From contig CBDBCZ010000019.1 in the NCBI GenBank assembly GCA_965203295.1, positions 672,001 through 736,000 on the forward strand: a stretch of DNA of 64,000 nucleotides. Direction: 5' to 3'. The notes under the pieces are model-generated. The model saw only the letters and a program-made list of their open reading frames with translations, ran no database searches and was not told the origin of the DNA. This document shows, piece by piece, positions 30,373-40,825 of the stretch (position 1 is its first letter; each line of letters starts with the position of its first letter). This DNA comes from Nitrospirales bacterium (GTDB taxonomy: Bacteria; Nitrospirota; Nitrospiria; Nitrospirales; UBA8639). Position numbers and translations under genes: made by a program.

Positions 30373-31354
30373 TTATGGTTGAGTGATTAGGGAATCAAAT
30401 GAACAGAATTGAATCCCTAAGCTTCGACATACCTGAAATTGGCGGTCAAAACGATTAGCGGTTCTGATTGTTTTGTAGAGATCCTTTCCTCCCACACGGC
30501 CCCAAGCGGGAAAATGGAAGACGGCAAGGGGATAATCGGTTCCGAAGAGCAGGCGGTTGTGGACTTCGGGGTGCCTTCGTAGGAGCAACAGCCTCTTGAA
30601 CCGATTAGGGAGGGTCAACGCTGAAATATCTGCATAGAAGTTGGGATAGGTCTTGACGAACTTTAAAAACGTTGGGTGAAATTTTTCATACAGCATCAGA
30701 CCATAGCTGCATGCGTGGGCCGCGATGACCGTTACACCTTCATCTAAGGGGACTTGTAGTCTGTGAGGATCGCTAACCGATTGATCTTTGCCAATAAGAC
30801 TAAATTCATACCCCACATGACTCAGGAGGGGAATTTTGCACTGAGCCATAGCCCGGTTAGAAGGGTTTGAAGTTGGGATTAGCAGGATCGAACTGCTGAG
30901 AATTTGGGAGGATCTTAACCAAAGCGGCTCCTGCATCCACGAAACGATGGAGTTCGTCCACAGCATCGCGGCGTTGCGGGTTGATCGATACCCCAGCCAG
31001 AAATTCAATGGAATAGGCTCTAGCCATGCTTAGAACGTATTCGTTGCTCACCATAAACTCAGTGGCGTTTTGATCGAGTCGTCCTTGCTGATCATACACC
31101 CCGTCCATTCCTAATAAGACTGCCCTCCCCACGTAGTGTGATGCCAGCAATTCCTTTAATAAATCATCAACATATTTTTGATTGGCAGCCTGTGGCCTGT
31201 CGGGATTGAGTCCATGTTTCCATAGAAGAAATTTGAATAAAGGACTGCGGAGCATGTTGGGCGAGATATAGCAGCCGTTGTCGCCCTCGGGAAATGCAGC
31301 AAGATCAACATGGCAATCAGTGATCTTTGGAGAAGGTTGTGGGCTGAGACTCAT
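30373..31354 (-). pseudogene. Amidohydrolase_2-family protein, frameshifted
   Basis: Two overlapping ORFs joined by a +1 near 30858 (TTC TAAC CGG). LFGTDYP and IAAHA present; the HxH motif reads HVD. Confidence 0.85.
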
Positions 31355-34300
31355 GACATTGATTGAAGTGGTCTTTGTGGTAGCGATCCCAATCTCTCCA
31401 ATGCTTGACGCTTGAGTTCTCGTAGGTCGAGTTTGCCTGTGCCGAGAACTGGAATGTGTTCCACTTTTAGAAACGAATCCTTTCTAGGGACAAACAGATT
31501 GGGTAAGCCACTGGCAACGACCTTGTCTAATATTCCAGGGATGGATGCTTCTTCCAACGTATGGAAGACAACCAATTGCTCACCCTTTTTCTCATCAGGG
31601 ATAGCTGTGACCGCCAACACCTGAGTGTCGGCTCCGGCGGCTTCGAGTAAAACCTCTTCCACCTTTCCATGGGGAACCATTTCTCCTCCAATTTTTGAGA
31701 AACGGGATAATCGATCGGTGATGGTAATGAAACCATCGTCGTCGATCATCGCGATGTCTCCAGTGATGTACCAACCGTCATACATCGCTTGGGCAGTCAG
31801 ATCATCTCGGCCGAGATATCCATCCATGACGTTGGGCCCTTTGACTAACAACATGCCGGCATTGCCGCTCTCGAGAGGCTCAAAAGTATCCGGATCCACG
31901 ATTCGTACAGATACCCCCGGAAGGGGCTGTCCGACAGTCCCGCGTTTTGATGCGGGCTGATAATACCCAGCCGCGCGGAAGTCAGGGCAATTCACTGAAA
32001 TGACTGGTGCACACTCGGTCACGCCGTAGCCTTCTATTGGTCTGAGACCAAATCTCTCTTCAAACGGGTGCGCAAGACGATCAGACAACTTTTCTGCTCC
32101 GGTCAGAACAATACGAAGGGATCCGAATTGATCAGGGGTACACCGACGGAGATAGAGCTGCAAAAAAGTCGGGGTCGTAATAAGAATGGTGACGCGATGT
32201 TTCTTGATCAGTTCACCAATTGGTCCAGCATCCAAGGGAGATGGATGAAAGACCACACCGACTCCGTGGATAGCTGCCAGCCAGAGCGTGGCAAGGCAAC
32301 CAAATGAGTGGAAGTGGGGTAGGATACCGAGCATACGGTCGTTAGGCCCGAGGTGGAATACTTGCGCGACCCCTTCCACATTCGAGTCGATGTTAAAATG
32401 GCTAAGCATCACCCCTTTGGGATCACCAGTGCTTCCGCTGCTAAAGATAATGGTGGCCAGATCGTCAATGCTTGGACGTCGAGTCGCTCCAGCGACTCGC
32501 TCAAGCAAGCGGATGGGAGCCAACAATGCAAGAAGCATCGCGGTGAGGCGTTCCTTGGGTCCGATCGTTTTTCGAATATCCTCAATCCAGAGCATCGAAG
32601 CTGTTTCAGGAACCTCTAATTTGGCTTTTTCGACAAAGGTTCGGCTTGTGACAATGCTCGCAAGTCCGGCCTGATTAGCCGCCGCTTCCATACCACTTCG
32701 TCCTGCTGTGTAATTGAGATTGACAACCGTTCGACCTGAGAGGGTCCCGGCAATGTTGATTAAGGCACTGCCGACGCTGGGAGGAAGAAGAATGCCTATG
32801 GTCTTTTGCTCTGCCCAATAGGGTCGAAGGGCACGAGCCAAGGCGACTGTTCCTATGAGAGCTTCCAAGCAAGAGACCTTTGGCCGAGTGAGGTCACCGA
32901 AGGCGAAACGAAAGGGGTGACGGCGCATCGCTCGGATTACAGAATGATGCAACGGTCGACGGATGGATCTTCTGTGTCTCCACGCTGCCTCACCCAATTC
33001 TTGGACAATCCGACGAACTTCTGTCGCGGAGGTAGAAGAGGGAAGCGGAGCCCCATAAGATACCGTGACCGGATAAGGGATTTGCTCAGGCCTTTTGGTG
33101 ATGAATCGACCACCGATAAAACTAAATATACTGCCCCAGACACGATCTAAGTGAACGGGGATAATTGGAGTCTCTCGACCCTTGATAATTCGCTCAAAGC
33201 CAGCACGAAATGGAAGCAATCCTCCGGTCCGTGTAATTTGACCCTCTGGAAAAATACAGAGTAATTCCCCCTCGTCCAATTGCCGGCCCGCTTCTCGAAG
33301 GGAATGCAAGATTTCCCGTGGAGTTCCTGTTGAAGAGATGGGAATGGCTCCCATCACCTGGGCTAACTGATGAAACAGGGGATGCTCGTAATAGTGTTTA
33401 TCGACGACAAACCGAATTCGTCGATCAGTGCTGGCAAGAAGGAGGAGGCCATCGACGAAAGACACATGGTTAGGAAGAAGGAGAGCCCCTCCTTGGTCCG
33501 GGACATGGTCCCTACCGATGACTTTGAGCCGGTATATGGTGTTGGTCAGCAAAATAAGCGTGAATCGCACAAAGGCTTCAGGCAAGACCCACAGGGCGCA
33601 AAGAGTCAAGCCAGCGGTTGCTAACCCTGACGTGACTAGGATTCCGCTCGCCTGGAGACCAAGATGAGACAACAGTCCGGCGCCCAACGAGCCGGCTAAT
33701 ACCCCAGCAAAAACAAAGGTATTACCGAAAGCGATCACGGCGCCGCGACGATCGTCAGGCGATCTCCATTGGATCAGGGCATTAATCGGAACGACAACAA
33801 AGCCGCTGGCTATTCCAAGGATAGCCATTCCTACAAGGGTCCCAGGAAGTTGCGGAGCCAGAATTCCAAGAAGAAAAAGGGTGATGGTTAACCCAATGGC
33901 GCCGAGCGGGATGTGACCATACTCAACTTTTGACCCCGCTAGTTTTCCTGCGAGAACAGATCCAATACCCACGCCAATTCCGAATGTGGCGAGAGGGATG
34001 CCCGCCAATGTATCAGAGAGTCTCAGCACGGCTTTTGAATAGACCAGGATGTCCTGCCCAACGAGACTGGCAATGGTCCAATAGGACACATTGCCCAGAA
34101 TTCCGATCCGTAACACTCGATCGGCTCTTATGGCTTCCCAAGCCGATTGGATGGTGTTGATGACTCCTCCTTCTTCCCTGGCTCGTGGTACTTGGGGTAT
34201 GGCGAATGAGGCCAAAAAGCCTACGAGTGAAAATGTGGTGAGAATCAAACCGGCTAGCCAAGGGGATTCCCCAGACAAATCCAGCAGCAGGCCGGCCACA

Positions 34301-34800
34301 GCTGTTCCAGCAATAATGCCGAGAAACGTCCACATTTCCAGATGACCATTTCCGACGGATAACCGCTCGTGTGGAAGGAGTTCAGGCAAAATTCCATATT
34401 TGGATGGACTGAACAAAGCACTCTGAGCACCCATGCCTCCCAATACGATGAGTGGAAGTATCCCTCCTACAGGATTGAGGAACAGGGCCAGGGTTCCGAT
34501 TCCCATCAATACAATTTCGACGGCCTTCATCACGATGATGACGGTCCGCTTACTAAACTGATCTGAAAACACACCCGCAAAAATCGAAATCAGCATGAGT
34601 GGGAGTGTGAAGACAACAAAGGTCAGGGTTGTTTGCGTTTGCGAAGCGAGTTCGAAAAATGAGCCTGATGTTCCCAATTCCGAGGCCACCTGTTTGATGG
34701 CCAAAAAGGCCACCATCAATTTCCATGCATTATCGTTGAATGCCCCAAAAAACTGGGCGATGAACAGGCCACGAAGAAGGTGTTGGGAACGGGGATGCAT
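31351..34800 (-). CDS. aas: Acyl-ACP:phospholipid acyltransferase (LplT-like MFS + PlsC + acyl-ACP synthetase fusion)
   Basis: QFFGAFNDN, NHVSFVD, FPEGQITR, FSSGSTGDPKG, EGYGVTE, RFSKIGGEM. Confidence 0.93.
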   Translation of the reverse strand: MHPRSQHLLRGLFIAQFFGAFNDNAWKLMVAFLAIKQVASELGTSGSFFELASQTQTTLTFVVFTLPLMLISIFAGVFSDQFSKRTVIIVMKAVEIVLMGIGTLALFLNPVGGILPLIVLGGMGAQSALFSPSKYGILPELLPHERLSVGNGHLEMWTFLGIIAGTAVAGLLLDLSGESPWLAGLILTTFSLVGFLASFAIPQVPRAREEGGVINTIQSAWEAIRADRVLRIGILGNVSYWTIASLVGQDILVYSKAVLRLSDTLAGIPLATFGIGVGIGSVLAGKLAGSKVEYGHIPLGAIGLTITLFLLGILAPQLPGTLVGMAILGIASGFVVVPINALIQWRSPDDRRGAVIAFGNTFVFAGVLAGSLGAGLLSHLGLQASGILVTSGLATAGLTLCALWVLPEAFVRFTLILLTNTIYRLKVIGRDHVPDQGGALLLPNHVSFVDGLLLLASTDRRIRFVVDKHYYEHPLFHQLAQVMGAIPISSTGTPREILHSLREAGRQLDEGELLCIFPEGQITRTGGLLPFRAGFERIIKGRETPIIPVHLDRVWGSIFSFIGGRFITKRPEQIPYPVTVSYGAPLPSSTSATEVRRIVQELGEAAWRHRRSIRRPLHHSVIRAMRRHPFRFAFGDLTRPKVSCLEALIGTVALARALRPYWAEQKTIGILLPPSVGSALINIAGTLSGRTVVNLNYTAGRSGMEAAANQAGLASIVTSRTFVEKAKLEVPETASMLWIEDIRKTIGPKERLTAMLLALLAPIRLLERVAGATRRPSIDDLATIIFSSGSTGDPKGVMLSHFNIDSNVEGVAQVFHLGPNDRMLGILPHFHSFGCLATLWLAAIHGVGVVFHPSPLDAGPIGELIKKHRVTILITTPTFLQLYLRRCTPDQFGSLRIVLTGAEKLSDRLAHPFEERFGLRPIEGYGVTECAPVISVNCPDFRAAGYYQPASKRGTVGQPLPGVSVRIVDPDTFEPLESGNAGMLLVKGPNVMDGYLGRDDLTAQAMYDGWYITGDIAMIDDDGFITITDRLSRFSKIGGEMVPHGKVEEVLLEAAGADTQVLAVTAIPDEKKGEQLVVFHTLEEASIPGILDKVVASGLPNLFVPRKDSFLKVEHIPVLGTGKLDLRELKRQALERLGSLPQRPLQSMS

Positions 34801-34920
34801 TCTTGTTGAGGTCTATCTTTGCAATGAATGTGGAAGCATGGTCTCTGCTTGTGTTTTTTTATGGATTGACTTCGGCTGACACGTCCATGTTCATGATCAG
34901 CTATCGTGCTGCGTGAAGAT

Positions 34921-35532
34921 CTAGATCGAGTTCAAGGAATCTCTGGATGATGCATTCCCTTTCTGGATACGCAATACGCGTGTCGCAATATCGACTACTT
35001 CATCAGTGGCAGCACGATCATATAAGTTTTTATTGCGATAGTAATAAACGACTTGTCCTTTATCATCAACAAGGAGAGTTCCACCTTGTTGACGGCTATC
35101 CCCCTCCACCCAAGTTTGGCGGTGACCAGCGAAGAATGCTCGCACGAAGCCAAATAAGGCAAGAGGGCCAAGAGTCGCCCACCACGATCGTTCCAAGCCC
35201 ATTGCGGCAAAAGCACGCAGGGAAGGATCTGTAAGAATTTCCACTTTTTTGTCATGAAGCGTATGACGGTCCATAAAGCCAGCCATGTAACGAGGTTCAC
35301 CATTTCCGATGAAGATTGTTTTCAAGCCTAAGTTGTGAAGTTCAAGGAGTCGAGGAGTTAACTCATTCACGTGCTGGCTACAACCCATGCAACCAAAATG
35401 ACGAAGGAACAACAACAGCGTCGGACCCTGAGCCCAGCAATCTCCTAGATATACTTTGGATAAATCAGCTTTGAGAACTTGGCATTCAGCTAATGAAGAT
35501 GGCGGTGGTTGTCCAACGATTGGTTTAGCCAT
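34921..35532 (-). CDS. Peroxiredoxin-like (AhpC/TSA_2, FAM213-like) redox protein
   Basis: FLRHFGCMGC, LTDPS, QQGGT. Confidence 0.75.
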   Translation of the reverse strand: MAKPIVGQPPPSSLAECQVLKADLSKVYLGDCWAQGPTLLLFLRHFGCMGCSQHVNELTPRLLELHNLGLKTIFIGNGEPRYMAGFMDRHTLHDKKVEILTDPSLRAFAAMGLERSWWATLGPLALFGFVRAFFAGHRQTWVEGDSRQQGGTLLVDDKGQVVYYYRNKNLYDRAATDEVVDIATRVLRIQKGNASSRDSLNSI

Positions 35533-35752
35533 GAACTGGATAGTAGACGGAAACGCTTCGCCATTCTAGCGGTATTTTGTCTTTCGAGCATACTGTCTTT
35601 CGCGTTTGTGCCGTATCAGAAGACTGGAAGTTTCTTGCTAAGTGCTGAAAAAGCTAATAGGATTTCTCAAATGATCAATCGCAGTGTGTGAAGATAGCCT
35701 ACTCAGGCTGCTTAAGCCTCAGACGATAATTGGAAACAGAATGGATTGAATA

Positions 35753-36226
35753 ATGCAAGAGAACCTGCCGGACATACTCCTGAGACAATGGGCTCTCCGT
35801 CTTAAGCGAGCGCAACTGGCTCATCGCTTTGCTGCAAAGGGCTACAGCACGTTGCATCTTTGGATGGGTATTCCGGCTGTGGTGTTGGCAACTGTCGTCG
35901 CCACATCGGTCTTCGCATCCTGGGAGGGACAATTGGAGGGATATGGAAGAATACTCACGGGGATGCTGAGTGTTGGGGCCGCGATTTTTGCCGCACTGCA
36001 AACATTTCTGCGATTCGAAGAAAAATCAGAAAAACATCAGATGACCGACGCTCGTTATGGAGCAATCAGGCAAAAGATCGAACAAACCCAAGCATTTATG
36101 AGGATGCATCACGAGGATCTCGATGATTTCTATCACAAGATCAGACGTGAGATAGAAGAACTCTCGAAGGAAGCGCTAATCGTGCCAGAACGTTTCTGGC
36201 AACAGGCTCGACGAGTGATGCCGTAG
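35753..36226 (+). CDS. SLATT-like two-TM domain protein
   Basis: AH..AA..Y...H.W.GIP TM1, TM2 ending ALQTFL, EKH...RY helical tail. Confidence 0.7.
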   Translation: MQENLPDILLRQWALRLKRAQLAHRFAAKGYSTLHLWMGIPAVVLATVVATSVFASWEGQLEGYGRILTGMLSVGAAIFAALQTFLRFEEKSEKHQMTDARYGAIRQKIEQTQAFMRMHHEDLDDFYHKIRREIEELSKEALIVPERFWQQARRVMP

Positions 36227-36410
36227 GAAGCCCACATCGAAGATGAAGGAACCTTCTAGGCTATTCAGCCTTTATCTCAAATCAGATCGCACCTTTCAAA
36301 CTCGACAATCATTTTTAGGTGTATTTCTGTCTTGGTCAATGGTCACGTTTGTTCTTCACTTCATTCATCAGGTACGATCGGATTGAGATTCTCAGGAAGG
36401 GAGAAAGCAC

Positions 36411-37136
36411 ATGGTTGATACGGCCTTGAACCTTGAACAAATAATGGGGTCCATGCAAGAGCCCGTTCGAAAGTATGGGGAGCGAGTGCAGGCGTTAGCG
36501 GGGGGAAATGGATTGGCCGTGACGTTATTTGGGATGATCGCGTCCGGAACATTCGACATCAGTCGGCATACGGTGCGAAGTGTCGTTGTGCTCCAGGAGG
36601 TCGATCTCGAAATGCTTCGCCAATTCGCCAAAGATGGAGCGAAGCTTGGGAAAGCCCGTATTGCTGCTCCATTGATTATGACCCACGAGTATATTTCGTT
36701 GTCGGTCGACAGTTTTCCATTAGAATTTATTGAAATTCAACAAAGTCATCTCTGCCTTTTTGGACCGGATTACTTTGCGGATCTTGTTTTCGAACCCACA
36801 CATGTACGGCTTCAGACTGAGCGTGAACTGAAAACCATTTTGATTGGGATGCGCCAAGCCTTGCTAGCGGCGGCAGGGCGAGAAAAACTGTTTGGGGGTA
36901 TTGAGACGGATGTGGCTGAGCGATTGATTCGAACTCTACGCGGATTGCTTTGGTTACATGAACAGAATGAAGCTCTCCCCGCGGTTGAAGTTGTGGCGCA
37001 AGTTGAACGAGAAGTGCAGAAGGGGTTATCAGGTCTGAGAAGTGCCTTACAACAAGAAGGTCCGCATGGCTGGGATCAATTTAAAGAACTCTACGAGGAT
37101 GTTGATGCGCTCAGGAAGATTATTGAGACCTGGTAG
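36411..37136 (+). CDS. Nucleotidyltransferase-fold protein (degenerate active site) associated with TPM/LemA
   Basis: AVTLFGMIASG (GS motif altered), DSFPLEF, LFGPD, LRLQ-like VRLQTERE. Confidence 0.6.
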   Translation: MVDTALNLEQIMGSMQEPVRKYGERVQALAGGNGLAVTLFGMIASGTFDISRHTVRSVVVLQEVDLEMLRQFAKDGAKLGKARIAAPLIMTHEYISLSVDSFPLEFIEIQQSHLCLFGPDYFADLVFEPTHVRLQTERELKTILIGMRQALLAAAGREKLFGGIETDVAERLIRTLRGLLWLHEQNEALPAVEVVAQVEREVQKGLSGLRSALQQEGPHGWDQFKELYEDVDALRKIIETW

Positions 37137-37968
37137 CTTTCTTATCATTACATTAATGGGGCTTTTCTTCTGCGTCTGGATGGGTGTGCCTTCATGGGTG
37201 TGTGCGGAAGTCACCATTCCTGATCCCGGAACCTATGTGGTTGATACAGCGGGAATCATTCAAGGGTCGGCGCGAACTCAACTCGAAGGCTGGCTTCGGG
37301 AGTTCGAGCAAAAGACCACTGCTCAAGTCAAAGTGTTAACGGTTCAAACCACAGATGGAGAAGACTTTTTTACCTTTGCGCAACGTCATGCTGAGTCTTG
37401 GAAGTTAGGTCAACAGGGAAAGGATAATGGCGCCTTGATTGCTCTTGCCCTGAAAGAACGGCGAGTTCGAATTCAAACCGGTTATGGGTTGGAAGGGGTC
37501 ATTCCGGATTCTTGGGCTGGATCTCTTTCTCGGGCTGTGGCCTCACAATATTTTAAGCAGGGTCAATTCTCGCAAGGGCTCTTTCAGATCACGGTGGCGA
37601 CGGTCAATAAGATTGCTGAGTCTCAGGAAGTTCGATTAACGGGAATACCCCAGACACATTACCGACCGACTAGTTCTCGCGGTAGCGGCGGGGCTTTTGC
37701 CGGTCTGATCCCCTTCCTTATTCTCTTTGCGTTTCTGTCCTCTATGAGGCGGCGTGGACGCTACTATTCAGCATGGGGAGGACGTGGGATGGGCGGTATA
37801 ATGGGAGGCTTTCTCATGGGAAGTATGATGGGAAACGTCCTTGGTGGAGGTCGTTCCCACTGGGCTGGCCATGGGGGTGGGTTTGGAGGGGGATTCGGTG
37901 GAGGTTTTGGTGGATCCTTTGGGGGTGGAGGTGGTTTTGGTGCTGGGGGCGGTGGTGCGAGTTGGTGA
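37099..37968 (+). CDS. TPM-domain (YgcG-like) membrane protein with Gly-rich tail
   Basis: VVDTAG, WKLGQQGKDNGAL, IQTGYGLEGVIPD, GGGGASW. Start approximate. Confidence 0.9.
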   Translation: MLMRSGRLLRPGSFLIITLMGLFFCVWMGVPSWVCAEVTIPDPGTYVVDTAGIIQGSARTQLEGWLREFEQKTTAQVKVLTVQTTDGEDFFTFAQRHAESWKLGQQGKDNGALIALALKERRVRIQTGYGLEGVIPDSWAGSLSRAVASQYFKQGQFSQGLFQITVATVNKIAESQEVRLTGIPQTHYRPTSSRGSGGAFAGLIPFLILFAFLSSMRRRGRYYSAWGGRGMGGIMGGFLMGSMMGNVLGGGRSHWAGHGGGFGGGFGGGFGGSFGGGGGFGAGGGGASW

Positions 37969-38060
37969 TTAATGATGATAGCATACATTCCAGACATGAT
38001 AGACTTGGAAGAGGATTTCATCTGATGGTTTCTTGAGAGAACAAATGTGAAGGAGGAAAC

Positions 38061-38633
38061 GTGAGCGCGGGTCGAATTCTACTGATGGTTTTCGGTGTCA
38101 TTGTCGTGTTGGTGTTGATGGCTGGAGGATGTGTGTATTCCGGGTATAACCATGCTATTACTCTGGATGAGGCTGTCAAAAGTCGCTGGGCCCAAGTCGA
38201 AAACCAATTGCAACGTCGGTTCGAGCTCATCCCGAATCTGTTAGAAACCGTCAAGGGTGTCGCCAAGCAGGAGGAAAAAATTTTCTTGGGTGTGGCGGAG
38301 GCCCGAAAATCCTATTTTCAGGCGGGATCCATTAATGAAAAAGCCAAAGCGGCGGGTGGATTTGAGTCGGCGCTCCCCCGCCTGTTGGTCCTTCGAGAGA
38401 CTTATCCTCAACTCAAATCGGACCAATCCTTTTTAAAACTCCAAGATCAGCTTGAGGGAACCGAAAATCGTTTGTCGGTTGAGCGAAAGCGGTATAACGA
38501 TTCCGTGCGCGAACTGAACACCTTTACTCGCAAATTGTTGGGCCGGTTTTATGCAGGTTTGGCTGGTGTTGAACAGGCGGAGTACTTTGAAATCGAAGAA
38601 GCAGCCAAAGAGACTCCCAAAGTAAAATTTTAG
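38061..38633 (+). CDS. lemA: LemA family protein
   Basis: QLQRRFELIPNL, YPQLKS, LEGTENR, RYND, PKVKF. Confidence 0.95.
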   Translation: MSAGRILLMVFGVIVVLVLMAGGCVYSGYNHAITLDEAVKSRWAQVENQLQRRFELIPNLLETVKGVAKQEEKIFLGVAEARKSYFQAGSINEKAKAAGGFESALPRLLVLRETYPQLKSDQSFLKLQDQLEGTENRLSVERKRYNDSVRELNTFTRKLLGRFYAGLAGVEQAEYFEIEEAAKETPKVKF

Positions 38634-38662
38634 TGGCCGTGCTTGGAGGAAGAGAGGAAGAA

Positions 38663-39073
38663 ATGGCTTATTCACCAACGAGTGATGTGTCATCGGAAGT
38701 GCTCTCGGACAAAATCAGTAGTGAACCAAGCCTTGGGAAAGACAAAGTTGACGCGTTAATCGGGCAGGGTGTCGAATTTAAAGGTGTCATTCATTACAAA
38801 GGCAGCGTGCGCATTGACGGCCGTTTGGATGGTGAAATCCATACGGAAGGGACGCTCCTAGTTGGTACGGATGCGACAATCAACGCCAAAATTAGTGCCG
38901 GGTCAGTCATTAGTAAGGGACGAATCATCGGTGATATTCAGGCGAAACAAAAAGTTCTGTTACTCAAATCATCGTATATGGAGGGAACTTTGAATACGCC
39001 TCGATTGTCCATGGAAGAAGGCGTGATATTTAACGGAACCATTAAAATGGAAAAATCTAGGGCTAAATCATAG
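38663..39073 (+). CDS. Bactofilin (polymer-forming cytoskeletal protein)
   Basis: LIGQGVEFKG...VRIDG.LDGEI...MEEGVIFNG. Confidence 0.9.
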   Translation: MAYSPTSDVSSEVLSDKISSEPSLGKDKVDALIGQGVEFKGVIHYKGSVRIDGRLDGEIHTEGTLLVGTDATINAKISAGSVISKGRIIGDIQAKQKVLLLKSSYMEGTLNTPRLSMEEGVIFNGTIKMEKSRAKS

Positions 39074-39255
39074 AATCTTCTGGTGATAATTCAATAGAGA
39101 TGAAGTACAGAGCTTACCTGCGCGATCTGCGATCCATGGATGGTCTAAAGTCTTTCGAATAAGATCTGATATTTCTTTGTAAGACTTTGAATCACAGTTG
39201 ACGAATGCAGTTGGATGACGTTGGGAATTCCTGCGACACGCAGGCGACCTGAGTG

Positions 39256-39312
39256 ATTATGCCCTCAGTCGTAGGCGGGCATCCAGGTTACATAGAAAGG
39301 TGGATCCCCGCC
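39256..39312. repeat. REP-like hairpin
   Basis: GGCGGGCATCCA ... TGGATCCCCGCC stem with one mismatch. Confidence 0.5.
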
Positions 39313-39339
39313 AAAGGTTTAAAAAATTTGGCACCTTAT

Positions 39340-39542
39340 TTTTTGTTCCGCTTTGCGCGCGGCTGAGTCCCAGCGCCGAATCCGACGATTCGGTGAGGAC
39401 TGTTTGAGCGGAGCGAGTTCCGCAGCCATGTGATTCGGTGCTGGGACGAAGGAGACCCGCAGGGCCGGGCGCGAGCGGGAATGGTTTTGGGTCCTTTTGC
39501 CGAAAGAAAAGGACCTCGACTGCCGGGGCGAACCCCGGCAAT
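39340..39542. repeat. GC-rich structured intergenic element
   Basis: Stems GTCCCAGCGCCGAATC/GATTCGGTGCTGGGAC, GGTCCTTTT/AAAAGGACC and GCCGGGG/CCCCGGC; GC well above flanks. Only one copy in the window. Confidence 0.55.
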
Positions 39543-39650
39543 GTGGAACTGTGAACGAGAAACTCGAAACCTTAAACTTGAAACTCACCCTATCAGACAC
39601 TGTCTGAAAAAAAATAAAACCAATTTTTTACAAATTATTCCCAATTACCC

Positions 39651-40121
39651 ATGCCTGATTATCTTCTTAGCTGGATCCATCTGCTTGCCGTCATCACCTT
39701 CATCGGTGGGTTGATCTTTACGCAATTGGTACTGAAACCCGCGCTCCAAGCCCTCACTCCCACGTCCCAGCAAGCGGAGGTCCTTCGCCGCACGGGGCGA
39801 CGCTTTCGAACGCTTGCCTGGGTCAGCCTGATCACTCTTATTCTGACTGGGGCTTACAGTATGCTCAATGAAAGCGGGGCTGGGAGAATTGAAACAACCT
39901 GGGGTGTGGTCTTGATGCTGAAGCTGTTTGTCTTTGCGATCACCTTCGGATTAATCATTATCCACGATTTTATCCTGGACCCGTATGCCTCTTCTTCAGG
40001 GCCTACCGGAAAAACTTCAGTTCAACCCCACAATATCGGCTGGATTACATTCATCCAACAAGCCATTCTCTTCCTCACCCTTGCCATCCTTCTCATCGCT
40101 TCGTACCTGAAAAGTATCTAA
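39651..40121 (+). CDS. CopD/DUF4149-like 4-TM membrane protein
   Basis: WIHLLA....GG, LILTG, LMLKL, HDF motifs. Confidence 0.7.
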   Translation: MPDYLLSWIHLLAVITFIGGLIFTQLVLKPALQALTPTSQQAEVLRRTGRRFRTLAWVSLITLILTGAYSMLNESGAGRIETTWGVVLMLKLFVFAITFGLIIIHDFILDPYASSSGPTGKTSVQPHNIGWITFIQQAILFLTLAILLIASYLKSI

Positions 40122-40170
40122 GATTCATAGAAGCCCAGAGAATGTTAGCTTTCCTATTGGGGAGCTATGG

Positions 40171-40527
40171 CTAAAGGCAGGAGAAAGAATCAGGATAAGA
40201 AATAGAGAAGCCCCATTCCATCCATTTCTTGGCTTCTTTAAGGTTGCGTAGCTGCTCACTTAATTCGATTGCTGCCCGCTCGTAAATGTCCTTTCTGGGT
40301 CCAAAGGCTACAATTTCTACTCTAGAGCCTTGGATCCTCAGAATCAGTCTAGATCGAGCTACTCGGAAACTTCTCAGCCCCGTCAATTCATCTTTTAATT
40401 TTTTTGCCTGGCAGGGATTTTCAGCAAGGGAATGTAAAGCTGCATTTACTTTCCCTTTAAACTGTGGGGGGAGATGTGTGATTAGGTCTCGAACAGCCTG
40501 GACCATTTCCAGGCGAAACCTTCTCAT
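40171..40527 (-). CDS. Type II toxin, RelE/ParE family
   Basis: LAENP..KKLKDELTGLRSFRV...GPRKDIYE; ATGA overlap with the antitoxin. Confidence 0.85.
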   Translation of the reverse strand: MRRFRLEMVQAVRDLITHLPPQFKGKVNAALHSLAENPCQAKKLKDELTGLRSFRVARSRLILRIQGSRVEIVAFGPRKDIYERAAIELSEQLRNLKEAKKWMEWGFSISYPDSFSCL

Positions 40528-40811
40528 TTCATTCGTTTTCTTCCCGTCAGTGATTCTCCAAACACTTCCTCGAAGGAAAATCGATGGCCTTTTTCTAGCT
40601 GCGTGAGTCCTCGTCTAATTTCTTCCATGAGAGCTGGATTTTTTTGGATTTCCCGAGTCTCCTTCCAACTCTCAAATTCTTCTGCGCTCATCAGAATGGC
40701 GGCAGGTCGGCCATTTCGAGTGATAACCAATTCTTTGTCGGTTTGCTCGACTTCTTTTACTAATTCGCTTAAACGAGCTTTTGCTTCAAATAACGTTAGG
40801 GCTTTAGACAT
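40524..40811 (-). CDS. Type II antitoxin, Phd/YefM family
   Basis: EAKARLSELV...VITRNGRPAAILMS; ATG 40811 with GAGGTG RBS. Confidence 0.9.
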   Translation of the reverse strand: MSKALTLFEAKARLSELVKEVEQTDKELVITRNGRPAAILMSAEEFESWKETREIQKNPALMEEIRRGLTQLEKGHRFSFEEVFGESLTGRKRMK

Positions 40812-40825
40812 AGGGCACCTCAAAA

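Noticed and set aside
37780..37968. GGT/GGA-rich repeat as an array
   Set aside because: It is the ordinary Gly-rich coding tail of TPM/YgcG proteins.
39257..39714. Three overlapping ORFs of about 94 aa
   Set aside because: They lie within the GC-rich structured element and have no protein-like motifs.
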